Shown here one piece after another: positions 49,932 through 58,771 of a DNA stretch of 64,000 nucleotides. Position numbers and translations under genes: made by a program. Below the pieces are notes generated by a model. It searched no databases and was not told the DNA's origin. It was given only the letters and a program-made list of their open reading frames with translations. The DNA is from an uncultured Candidatus Actinomarina sp. (GTDB lineage: Bacteria > Actinomycetota > Acidimicrobiia > Actinomarinales > Actinomarinaceae): NCBI GenBank assembly GCA_902576605.1, contig CACGVI010000001.1:111522-175521 (forward strand), written 5' to 3'. Every line of letters starts with the position of its first letter. The first letter of the stretch is position 1.

Positions 49932-51397
49932 CACTAGTTGAAAATCTTATGATTAATTATGTTGTTATAAGTCCAACTCTTTCACTTTTATTTACAGTCA
50001 TTATTCTACTTTTTTGCACAATTACTATTTCAACACCAATGTACATTAAAAAGTGGGTTTCATTTTCTGGAGTTTTGTTAACTCTATTTATGGTTTTTTT
50101 AAAATTTGGGCTTTACTCAACCGATGGGATTTCAGCTTACTTTTCGAATATGATTCTTTCAGATCCATTTTCTCTTGTTGGCAATACTCTAATTGCATTT
50201 ATTTTACTATTTACTTTCAGTTCATTTTGGAAAACTTCCGAACTGATAGAAAGCAAAACTACAGAAGCATTAATTCTTATATTTATGTCAGCTTCTGGTT
50301 TTATGTTGATGGTTGATTCTGAAAATTTTATTATGTTATTTATTGGTCTTGAGATTGGTTCAATTAGTCTTTATGCATTGGCGGGATTAAACAGAGGTGA
50401 TCAACTTAGCAACGAGGCATCCTTAAAGTACTTTTTACTAGGTTCTCTAGCTTCGTGTATATTTATCTACGGTATAGCTCTTTTATATGTATCGCTCTCA
50501 ATAATTGGGCTTTATGAGATAAATATTGCAATAAACTATATTGGATTAAACAACGTCCCACTTACCAGTTTTATAGGAATCATTTTTATAATTGTAGGGT
50601 TATTATTTAAAGTAGCTGCTGCTCCTTTTCAAGCATGGGCACCAGATGTTTACCAAGGCTCTCCTACAGGATATGTAGGCTACATGGCAGCAGTAGCAAA
50701 AGCAGCATCTTTTATTGTGCTTGCAAGATTAATTACAGTGTCATTAAGGTTTATACTTGACCAATTTGATTTATTTTTTAGTGCAGTTGTTATATTATCT
50801 GTGCTTGGAGGTGCATTATTTGCAACCAATCAAAGTGATTTAAAACGATTGATTGCTTATAGTGGAGTAATTCAGTCAGGCTTTATACTTTCCGGAATAT
50901 CTTCAGGAGTTTTTGGTGTAAGTGCTTCGACTTTTTATCTTATAACCTACATAATTCAATTGGTAGGAATCTTTACTGTATTTTCAATAATAAGTGGACA
51001 GTTGAGCTCTGATTTTCAAATTTCTAATATTTCCGGTTTATTCAAAGAAAATAAATTTATAACTATTACATTTGCAATATTCATGCTTGGTCTTGCAGGG
51101 TTGCCATTAACTAGTGGATTTGTATCAAAGTTTATCCTTATTACCAATCTCTGGTCATATGAGAGGTATGTATTAGTTTCAGTTTTAATGCTGACTACAG
51201 TGGCGGGATTTTACTTTTACTTACGACCAATTTGGGTAGCTGCGGTTGAGAAAACAGAAAATGTAGTTGAAAGAATACTATTGAAAAAATCAGACAAGCT
51301 ATTACTAAGTGTATTGGCTGCTTTAACAATATATTTTGGATTACTTCCAAATACGCTTGTAAATATTACTCGTTGGATGGTTGAAAGTTATCTATAA
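49928..51397 (+). CDS. nuoN: NADH-quinone oxidoreductase subunit N
   Basis: ND2 family: AAAPFQAWAPDVYQGSPT. Confidence 0.94.
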   Translation: MTLVENLMINYVVISPTLSLLFTVIILLFCTITISTPMYIKKWVSFSGVLLTLFMVFLKFGLYSTDGISAYFSNMILSDPFSLVGNTLIAFILLFTFSSFWKTSELIESKTTEALILIFMSASGFMLMVDSENFIMLFIGLEIGSISLYALAGLNRGDQLSNEASLKYFLLGSLASCIFIYGIALLYVSLSIIGLYEINIAINYIGLNNVPLTSFIGIIFIIVGLLFKVAAAPFQAWAPDVYQGSPTGYVGYMAAVAKAASFIVLARLITVSLRFILDQFDLFFSAVVILSVLGGALFATNQSDLKRLIAYSGVIQSGFILSGISSGVFGVSASTFYLITYIIQLVGIFTVFSIISGQLSSDFQISNISGLFKENKFITITFAIFMLGLAGLPLTSGFVSKFILITNLWSYERYVLVSVLMLTTVAGFYFYLRPIWVAAVEKTENVVERILLKKSDKLLLSVLAALTIYFGLLPNTLVNITRWMVESYL

Positions 51398-51531
51398 TGT
51401 TCATTAAAATAATCCCTCCACCTAATCTTTATCATCAGGGTGGTTGGGATGAAATGTTGATGTTTTTAGTGCCTGCTTTACTTTTGACTTGGTTAAGGAA
51501 TAAACAAAAAAACGAAAAATCTGAAGAGTAG
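51397..51531 (+). CDS. candidate 44-aa membrane micro-protein translationally coupled to nuoN
   Basis: TAATG stop/start overlap with nuoN. It encodes MFIKIIPPPNLYHQGGWDEMLMFLVPALLLTWLRNKQKNEKSEE (one hydrophobic span, charged tail). It is below the ORF-track length cut-off. Confidence 0.4.
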   Translation: MFIKIIPPPNLYHQGGWDEMLMFLVPALLLTWLRNKQKNEKSEE

Positions 51532-51567
51532 TTTTTAATTTGTCAACTGTTGATTTAAAATTGTTTT

Positions 51568-52281
51568 GTGATTGAAATTAAAAATCTCACTATGAGATAC
51601 AAAAATGGAAAAGGTGTTGGAGATATCAATATTTCTGTTGATAATGGTGAGGTTAAAGGGCTTCTTGGTCCTAATGGGGCTGGAAAATCTACAACAATGA
51701 GAAGCCTTATGGGATTTTTGATTCCTTCGCAAGGCACACTCTCAGTCGAGGGAATTAATACAATTGAAAACCCTGTAGAGGCAAAAAAAATAATAGGATA
51801 TCTACCAGGAGATCCTCAACTTCCACAAAATTTAAATTCTAAGTCACTATTTAAACTTGGTGCAGACATGAGAGGTCAATCAACTAACTATGCAATGGAG
51901 TTAGCAGAAAAGTTTGAATTAGAAGTTGACCAAACCCTCAAAGAATTATCTAAAGGTAATAGACAAAAAGTTGCCTTGATACTAGCAGTACTGCATAAGC
52001 CAAAGGCATTAATTTTAGATGAACCAACTTCAGGCCTAGACCCATTTCATCAAAGAACATTTTTTGAAATTGTAAAAGAATTTGCTAATAATGGTGCAGC
52101 AATACTTTTATCATCTCATATTATTTCTGAGGTTGAAAAAGTTGCCGACTCGATGGCTGTTCTAAGAGAAGGTGCAAAAGTATATGATGAAACATATGAG
52201 ACATTTTTAAACAAAGCAAAAGAAGAAGGCCAAGATTTAGAAGATGCTTTTTTCACGTTTTATGATAGAAATGAGGAATAA
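51568..52281 (+). CDS. ABC transporter ATP-binding protein (ABC-2 exporter type)
   Basis: GPNGAGKSTT, LSKGNRQKVAL, LILDEPTSGLDP. GTG start. Confidence 0.88.
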   Translation: MIEIKNLTMRYKNGKGVGDINISVDNGEVKGLLGPNGAGKSTTMRSLMGFLIPSQGTLSVEGINTIENPVEAKKIIGYLPGDPQLPQNLNSKSLFKLGADMRGQSTNYAMELAEKFELEVDQTLKELSKGNRQKVALILAVLHKPKALILDEPTSGLDPFHQRTFFEIVKEFANNGAAILLSSHIISEVEKVADSMAVLREGAKVYDETYETFLNKAKEEGQDLEDAFFTFYDRNEE

Positions 52282-53105
52282 TGTTTAACTACTTTAAATA
52301 CATGATTACAGTACCAAGAAAGTTTATTTTAAATTGGGCAATTTCTGGTGGGGTTTACTTATTAATACTTCCACTAGCTTTTGCAAACTCAAGTGTAGAA
52401 AGTTTGCTTATTGATACACAAAGAGAAGCTTTCAGAGGAATGTCAGAAAATGAAACAATGATGAATTTATTGGGAATTCAGGATTGGGATAATGTATTTA
52501 CATTAGAAGGAATGGTAACAACTTATTTTTTAGTTCCTTTTGTTCCTCTTTTAATTGGCACAGCCACAATAATTCTTTTAAATAAATTAGGTTCGAAAGC
52601 AGAAGAGGATGGAACTTTCGAATTTGTTGCTGCTCTACCGATGACCAGAACTTCTGTGTATTTAACACAATCAATTGTTGCTGTTCTATTTGGTTTATTT
52701 GTAACTTTTGCATGGACAAATATTATGTTTATTCCAATTGCAACTATGGAACTTAGTCAAACACTTGATTATGTACCACTTATGAAAGCAACACTTCAAG
52801 CTGCTTTAGCTGGTGTTACTTTTGGTGCTCTAGGATTTGCTCTTGGAGCATTTACTGGAAAATCTTCAATGGCTTGGGCTTTTGGTGGAGGTTTAATGGC
52901 ATTCGAATATTTAACCAACTCTTTAGCTGGTACAAATGATTTCTTTAAATGGTTTGATGACAATCTCTCATCTTTTGGAGCATATGGTAACCCTTATCAA
53001 GATGGATTATTTGCTGAAGATTTATTGCTCGTCGTAGGAAAAATAGCATTATTTTTGGTAATAGGATTTATAGGTTTTAGAAATAGATCTCTAAATCTTA
53101 GATAA
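52281..53105 (+). CDS. ABC-2-type transporter permease
   Basis: 6 TM helices. The start codon overlaps the ATPase stop codon by 1 nt (TAATG at 52279-52283). Confidence 0.7.
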   Translation: MFNYFKYMITVPRKFILNWAISGGVYLLILPLAFANSSVESLLIDTQREAFRGMSENETMMNLLGIQDWDNVFTLEGMVTTYFLVPFVPLLIGTATIILLNKLGSKAEEDGTFEFVAALPMTRTSVYLTQSIVAVLFGLFVTFAWTNIMFIPIATMELSQTLDYVPLMKATLQAALAGVTFGALGFALGAFTGKSSMAWAFGGGLMAFEYLTNSLAGTNDFFKWFDDNLSSFGAYGNPYQDGLFAEDLLLVVGKIALFLVIGFIGFRNRSLNLR

Positions 53106-53145
53106 ACAATTCCCAACAAAAATTTAATTTATTTAATATAAACGT

Positions 53146-53583
53146 ATGCCAAATTTTTCAAGAACAGTAACAGTCAGCTCAGATATTGATTCAGCTTTTG
53201 GTTTTTTGTCGGATTTTAGAAATTTAGAAAAATGGGCTGAAGGTGATGAAGGCGAGCTTATTACAAAAGAACCTTTAAGACAAGGTTCAGTTTTCAAAGT
53301 AAAAACACATTTCAACAATAAGCCAAGAGAATATAACTATGAAATTATTGAATGGGGTCCACCGTTAAGAGTCTCTTTACAAGCGAGTACTTCTATATTT
53401 ACAATTGTTGACACTATTTTTTTATCAGCTAATTCAAGAGGTACTGAAGTTACTTACTCTGTAGATATTAAATACAATTTTCCTTTTTTTGTATTGGGAA
53501 TCTTTATAGGACCTATTTTTAACAAATTAATGGATAAACAAATTAAAAATCTTGAGGCAGTCCTTGGTCCGGTTCAAGACTAG
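53146..53583 (+). CDS. SRPBCC (polyketide cyclase/START-like) family protein
   Basis: 145 aa with the typical N-terminus: FSRTVTVSSDIDSAFGFLSDFRNLEKW. Confidence 0.65.
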   Translation: MPNFSRTVTVSSDIDSAFGFLSDFRNLEKWAEGDEGELITKEPLRQGSVFKVKTHFNNKPREYNYEIIEWGPPLRVSLQASTSIFTIVDTIFLSANSRGTEVTYSVDIKYNFPFFVLGIFIGPIFNKLMDKQIKNLEAVLGPVQD

Positions 53584-54097
53584 CTTTCTTGTATTAATTT
53601 TATTTTTTTCTGTAAGTTGTCAAGCAGAACAGGAGAAAGAAGTGACTGTTGAATATGGAGAGTTTCCAGAGATAAATGGAAGAGATTTAAATAAAAGAGA
53701 CAAAGTCGTACCAGATGATTTTGTTGATAAAAATCTAATTATTATTGTTGCGTTTCAACAATGGCACCAACCTCTGGTAGATGAGTCAATATCTTTACTA
53801 GAAAGTAATGGATTTGGTGATTCACATAACATTATTGAAGTACCAACTGTACAAAAGAGTTCTAAATTATTTGAAGTTTATTTAGATGGAATTATGCGAG
53901 CTGGCATAAGAGATGACAGAATCAGAGATAGAACAATTACTGCTTATGTTGATTTAGATCAATTTTTAGAAAATTTAGATATACCCTCTAACGAAACAAT
54001 ATATTGGTTTTTGATTGAAAAAGGAAGCAAAAATATTCTCACAAGAGGATATGGAATTATTGCAGAAGAAGATTTGGACTTAATAAGTTCCTTTTAA
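53552..54097 (+). CDS. lipoprotein with thioredoxin-like (TlpA/redoxin-like) layout but no CxxC
   Basis: Lipobox FFSVSC. NLIIIVAFQQWHQPLVDE occupies the position of FWAxWCxPCxxE. TTG start at 53552 or 53564. Confidence 0.4.
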   Translation: MRQSLVRFKTSFLVLILFFSVSCQAEQEKEVTVEYGEFPEINGRDLNKRDKVVPDDFVDKNLIIIVAFQQWHQPLVDESISLLESNGFGDSHNIIEVPTVQKSSKLFEVYLDGIMRAGIRDDRIRDRTITAYVDLDQFLENLDIPSNETIYWFLIEKGSKNILTRGYGIIAEEDLDLISSF

Positions 54098-54474
54098 ATA
54101 TATATAGTAGTTAAATAGACAGCAACTAGTGCAAGTATAAGCATTACACCATTAAATGCACCCCTAAGAGCAGCACTAATGTTTGTTGCAAAGCTATGAA
54201 ATGCAATAACAATACCGGCTAAAAGCAAAATTCCAATTTCTAAATTCCAATTAGCAGCAGCATCGTTGACAGTTAATAAAATACCTACACCAGATATTAC
54301 GGTAATTGCATATGAAATCCATGAAATTTTACTGAATGAAATACGCAAGACGCCTGTTGTGTTTTTTGTAGGATCATATTTATTCATTCTTGGAGCAAAT
54401 ACAGCCCAAGTAACCATAGATCCTAACCAAACTGACAATCCAACCACATGTATGAACTTTAAAATTACTTCCAT
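54094..54474 (-). CDS. small integral membrane protein (4 TM), unknown function
   Basis: MEVILKFIHVVGLSVWLGSMVTWAVF... I prefer the ATG at 54474; the longer TTG-initiated form would overlap the divergent qor start. Confidence 0.5.
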   Translation of the reverse strand: MEVILKFIHVVGLSVWLGSMVTWAVFAPRMNKYDPTKNTTGVLRISFSKISWISYAITVISGVGILLTVNDAAANWNLEIGILLLAGIVIAFHSFATNISAALRGAFNGVMLILALVAVYLTTIYI

Positions 54475-54516
54475 AAAAAAAAGACTACCACTGTTCAATT
54501 CTTTTATGATATTTAT

Positions 54517-55512
54517 ATGAAGGAATATAAAGCATGGGTACAAAAAACGGTATCCCCATTTACTAATCTTGAATTTACTTCAATGGACTACCCGCAATTA
54601 GCCGAAAAAGAGTTAATTATTGAGACAAAAGCTGCAACTTTAAACTTTGCTGACCTCCTTTTATCAAGTGGTATGTATCAATCAAACCCAGAGCAGCCCT
54701 TTGTTCCTGGTTTTGAAGTTGCAGGATTTGTCAAAGAATGTTCAACTGAAAGTGCCTTTTCGGTTGGAGATAGAGTGGTTGCTGCAACTACAGTTTTTAG
54801 GTCAGGCAGACATGGCAGTTTTGGAGATATTTGTGTCGTATCTGAAAATTTAACATATAAATTGCCAGACAATATATCTTTCGAAGTTGGAGCTGCTATT
54901 TTAATGTCTTACCTTACTTCAGATTTTGCATTACATAGACGTGCCCAGTTGAAACCAAATGAATTGGTTTTAGTTAACGCTGCTGCAGGTGGCGTAGGCC
55001 TTTCAGCAGTTCAACTTGCCAAAATCTGTGGTGCAAAAGTTATTGCAGCAGTTGGCTCTGAAGAAAAAAAAGAATTAGTCCAGCAATTTGGTCCTGAATT
55101 GGTAATAAATTACCGTGAAGAAAATGTAAACGAAATAATTGAAAGTAAGTTTGGCAAAAAGCCAGTAGATGTTTTATATGATCCAGTTGGGGGAGATGCA
55201 TACCAACAAGGTATTAGGTTGCTAGGGTCTGAAGGGAGAGCTCTTATAGTTGGATTTGCAAGTGGGAATATACCTTCGCAGATGTTAAGTTATTTGCTAG
55301 TAAAGAATATTTCAATAATTGGAGTTTTTATGATTAGTTTTGAAAATGATGATAATGAGTATCTTAAGAAACGTATGGAGCTGATATTTGATTTATACAG
55401 CAATCAACAAATTGAACCAGTATATAAAACTATAAAATTTGATGAGATTATTACTTATCTAGATTTAATCGGCAGTAGGAAAACTGTTGGAAGAATAGTT
55501 GCTCTTAGATAG
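54517..55512 (+). CDS. NADPH:quinone oxidoreductase / zinc-type alcohol dehydrogenase superfamily
   Basis: MDR fold with the nucleotide motif VLVNAAAGGVGLSAVQLAK. Confidence 0.82.
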   Translation: MKEYKAWVQKTVSPFTNLEFTSMDYPQLAEKELIIETKAATLNFADLLLSSGMYQSNPEQPFVPGFEVAGFVKECSTESAFSVGDRVVAATTVFRSGRHGSFGDICVVSENLTYKLPDNISFEVGAAILMSYLTSDFALHRRAQLKPNELVLVNAAAGGVGLSAVQLAKICGAKVIAAVGSEEKKELVQQFGPELVINYREENVNEIIESKFGKKPVDVLYDPVGGDAYQQGIRLLGSEGRALIVGFASGNIPSQMLSYLLVKNISIIGVFMISFENDDNEYLKKRMELIFDLYSNQQIEPVYKTIKFDEIITYLDLIGSRKTVGRIVALR

Positions 55513-55544
55513 CAACATAAAATTAAATAACTAATATATAAACA

Positions 55545-56147
55545 ATGGCAAAATTATATTTTTATTATGCGGCAATGAATGCTGGTAAGAGTACAACTTT
55601 ACTTCAGTCTGCCCACAACTATGAAGAAAGAAATATGAGAACGCTTTTATTTACTCCAAAACTCGATGACAGATTTGGTGAGGGAAAGATCGCTTCAAGA
55701 ATTGGCTTGGATAGAGAGTGTGAAATATTTACTGCAGATGATGATCTATATGTCTGGACAGCACATGAGCATCAAAGGGAGCATGTATCGTGTGTACTTG
55801 TTGATGAATCTCAATTTTTGAGTCCAAAACAAGTTCTCCAGTTATCACTTGTAGTTGACAAGTTAAAAATACCCGTTCTCTGTTATGGTCTAAGAACAGA
55901 CTTTAGGGGGGAGCCGTTTCCAGGAAGTGCTTACTTACTTGCTTGGGCCGATGAAATGACTGAAATAAAAACAATTTGTAAGTCAGGCAAAAAAGCAACA
56001 ATGAATGCACGGTTAGATGAAAACGGAAATAGAGTAACTGAAGGTGAACAAATTTCTATTGGTTTAAATTACGAAGCACAAGCCAGGGATGTTTTTGAAC
56101 TAGATAAAGTCTCTCCAATTGGATATCAGATACCTGAAGCAAATTAA
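55545..56147 (+). CDS. tdk: thymidine kinase
   Basis: [21 protein letters not shown] is nearly identical to the enterobacterial Tdk N-terminus; also VLVDESQF. Confidence 0.93.
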   Translation: MAKLYFYYAAMNAGKSTTLLQSAHNYEERNMRTLLFTPKLDDRFGEGKIASRIGLDRECEIFTADDDLYVWTAHEHQREHVSCVLVDESQFLSPKQVLQLSLVVDKLKIPVLCYGLRTDFRGEPFPGSAYLLAWADEMTEIKTICKSGKKATMNARLDENGNRVTEGEQISIGLNYEAQARDVFELDKVSPIGYQIPEAN

Positions 56148-56149
56148 AT

Positions 56150-56632
56150 TTAAGAACCGTTTTCTATTGGTGGTTCAGGCCTAGTAGCAAGCCATGTACA
56201 CAGTGCTATACCGAAAGAACCAAAAATTAGGTCTCCTACAAGTGAAAATACAAAATAAATTGTTAAAACGAATGTCGGGATAATCATAGATATTGCAAGT
56301 TTTTTGGCCCGTCTAGACAAACCTCTATATGTTTGCCAATTTAAAATTATAGGTCCAAAAATACGGTGACTTTCAAGCCACAGCGTGAATCTTTCAGAAC
56401 ATTTTGAAAATGCCCATGCAGCAATAAGTATAAAAACCGTTGTTGGCAAACCTGGTACAACTATACCAACATAACCTAATGAGAGTGAAAGAATTCCAAT
56501 AGTGAAAAATACTGGTTTATGAATCTTTAAAAATAAATTAGGGAAAAATCTATACAAAATAATAAACAAAAAGATTCCTCCACCAATATATGAGAATAAT
56601 TCGTAAGGTATTCTAGATAAAATTTCTTCCAT
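56150..56632 (-). CDS. YbaN-family (DUF454) inner membrane protein
   Basis: GIVVPGLPTTVFILIAAWAFSKCSERFTLWLESHRIFGP matches the DUF454 signature. Confidence 0.75.
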   Translation of the reverse strand: MEEILSRIPYELFSYIGGGIFLFIILYRFFPNLFLKIHKPVFFTIGILSLSLGYVGIVVPGLPTTVFILIAAWAFSKCSERFTLWLESHRIFGPIILNWQTYRGLSRRAKKLAISMIIPTFVLTIYFVFSLVGDLIFGSFGIALCTWLATRPEPPIENGS

Positions 56633-56672
56633 ACTTAAATTATAAATTTTTCCTGTTTAACCATAAATTGAA

Positions 56673-57356
56673 TTAACTTACAAATATCCTTTTTGCTATA
56701 AATTGATCAAGACCAAAAAAATTATCTTTTGTCACACTTACGGTTATTGAGTATTTGTTAGTATTTGATATGTATATCTTATTTCCAGGCAAAATGTTAT
56801 TTTTATTAAGAAAAGAAATAACAGAACTATCTCTTTTTAGCTCTTCAGAAATTTTTATAATTGAATATTTTTTGTTTGTATCAACATCACTCAATCTATC
56901 CATAGGTCCTTCAAAATAATTTGAATATGGAATAGGGTTTCCAAACAATCCAGTTTTTGGGTTACCAAGAATTTTTAACATCGCATCTTCGGTAGTAGAA
57001 CTTAAAACATTTTCCCATTTTTTAGTTTCTGCGTAAACCTTTTCCCATGGTAAATTTAAAACTTCAGAAAGAAATCGTTCAATAATTCTGTGTCTTCTAG
57101 CTATCATTTTCGCAAGGTAGTCACCTTTTTTTGTAAGCTTTAACTCATCACCAAACTCAATTAAACCGCTGTTCTGCATTCTTCCTATAACTTGTGATAC
57201 ATTAGCTCTACTGACTCCTAACCAGTCAGCTACACGTGTTTGCTTAACGTCTATTCCAACTTCTGATAAATGAAATATTGCTTCAGCATGAGAGTAAAAA
57301 GATTTCGGTAACTTCTCAATTTCACTTTGCATGAAAATATTAGGATTATTGTTCAT
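56673..57356 (-). CDS. DtxR/IdeR/MntR-family metal-dependent transcriptional regulator
   Basis: HTH (VADWLGVSRANVSQVIGRMQNSGLI), dimerisation helix (RRHRIIERFL) and a C-terminal SH3/FeoA-like domain. Metal specificity is unknown. Confidence 0.82.
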   Translation of the reverse strand: MNNNPNIFMQSEIEKLPKSFYSHAEAIFHLSEVGIDVKQTRVADWLGVSRANVSQVIGRMQNSGLIEFGDELKLTKKGDYLAKMIARRHRIIERFLSEVLNLPWEKVYAETKKWENVLSSTTEDAMLKILGNPKTGLFGNPIPYSNYFEGPMDRLSDVDTNKKYSIIKISEELKRDSSVISFLNKNNILPGNKIYISNTNKYSITVSVTKDNFFGLDQFIAKRIFVS

Positions 57357-57399
57357 TTGTATATATGTTAACAGTTATTAACACTAAATGAAGAGAAGA

Positions 57400-57495
57400 T
57401 TAAAAGGCTGGGCAGCCAACAGCAAATGTTAATCCAAAAAATAATAACCAAATAATTGGTTCATATTTTCTCACAAGCTTAGGATCTTTTTGCAT
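57400..57495 (-). CDS. candidate 31-aa hydrophobic micro-protein (possibly leaderless)
   Basis: Encodes MQKDPKLVRKYEPIIWLLFFGLTFAVGCPAF. TAGAAT (57503-57508, minus strand) lies 7 nt before the ATG. Below the ORF-track cut-off. Confidence 0.3.
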   Translation of the reverse strand: MQKDPKLVRKYEPIIWLLFFGLTFAVGCPAF

Positions 57496-57533
57496 TACTA
57501 ATATTCTAGTGTTTTGTGTATAATAGTAATAAT

Positions 57534-57653
57534 ATGATGTGTCCTTATGCTTACGTTTTAGCCGGATTTATGTGGTTTGTTCGTAATGGTGGTAAATTTG
57601 TGTTCAAATCATTAAATTTTAAAAAGCTTTCAAAATCAGGCACTTTTAACTAA
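57534..57653 (+). CDS. candidate 39-aa hydrophobic/basic micro-protein (short or no leader)
   Basis: Encodes MMCPYAYVLAGFMWFVRNGGKFVFKSLNFKKLSKSGTFN. An extended -10 TGTGTATAAT ends 9 nt before the ATG. Its 3' end overlaps the convergent hemH stop by 18 nt. Confidence 0.3.
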   Translation: MMCPYAYVLAGFMWFVRNGGKFVFKSLNFKKLSKSGTFN

Positions 57654-58652
57654 ATTTTCTAAAAGAGTAATAGTATCATCTGAATCATTTAGACACGGTA
57701 TATAAGTCATATTCTTACCTCCAGCATCAAAAAATGTTTTTCTTCCTCGAATATCTATTTCTTCTAAAGTTTCGAGACAATCTGATATAAATGATGGGCA
57801 TAATACAGCTATATTATTCTTACCTTCTTCTGGTAATTCAGAGAGCCTTCTGTCTGTGAAGGGAGTAAGCCATCCAGGACCTATCCTAGATTGGTATGCA
57901 ACTTCCCATTGATCATCATTTAAGCCGAGTTTTTTTGCTGTCAAATCTGAAGCAATCCTAGTATGAGACCTGTAACAGTCTTTTGAGCCTTCACCTTCAA
58001 CCTCACAACAGTTACCAGTTGAAAAACAATGCTCACCTGTTTTATCTGTTTTTTTTGCCTGTCTTTTAGGAATTCCGTGATAGCTAAATATAATTTTGTC
58101 AAATGATGCTTTTTTGATATAAGGTTTTATGGAATTACTTACAGCATCTATGTATATCTCATTGTCAAAAAAAGGTTTTGTAAAAGTTAATTTAAAATCT
58201 TCAGAGACTTTGTTAGCTACAATTCTGGTTTCCATTTCAGTAGTTATTGTTGTTGCCATGGCGTTATGAGGATAAAGAGATATAACTATGAGATTAAATA
58301 TACCTTTCTTTTTGAAATTAAGTAATGCATTTTCAATACTTGGATCTTCGTATCTCATTGCATATTCAACATGCCAACCAGTTTTTGAAGATAATTTTTT
58401 TGCAATACTGTCTGTAGATAAAATCAATGGAGATCCTTCTGGAGTCCAAATTTGTTCATAGGCTTCTAAAGTGTTTTTTGGCCTGAAGGGGAGTATGAAA
58501 ATTCGTAGTATTAATTGCTGAAGAATTTTAGGTAGATCTAAAACGTAATCATCAGACAAAAATACTTTTAAGTAATCTCTTACTGATTTTTTTGTGAGTT
58601 CCTTGGGACTCCCAAGGTTTATTAGAAGCACTCCTGGTATGTTTGAAGTCAT
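57636..58652 (-). CDS. hemH: ferrochelatase (HemH/CpfC)
   Basis: LLINLGSP, FSYHGIP, and SFISDCLETLEEI. It has an internal 4-Cys insertion. Confidence 0.9.
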   Translation of the reverse strand: MTSNIPGVLLINLGSPKELTKKSVRDYLKVFLSDDYVLDLPKILQQLILRIFILPFRPKNTLEAYEQIWTPEGSPLILSTDSIAKKLSSKTGWHVEYAMRYEDPSIENALLNFKKKGIFNLIVISLYPHNAMATTITTEMETRIVANKVSEDFKLTFTKPFFDNEIYIDAVSNSIKPYIKKASFDKIIFSYHGIPKRQAKKTDKTGEHCFSTGNCCEVEGEGSKDCYRSHTRIASDLTAKKLGLNDDQWEVAYQSRIGPGWLTPFTDRRLSELPEEGKNNIAVLCPSFISDCLETLEEIDIRGRKTFFDAGGKNMTYIPCLNDSDDTITLLENLVKSA

Positions 58653-58771
58653 AATTTAAATTTTACGATAAATTAAAAAAAAGCATAAATTAAAAAATTA
58701 AAAATAAATTACCATTAACTTAAAATGTTAAGTACTATTAACAAAAGTTAAGCAAATAAACGAAGGTTGAA

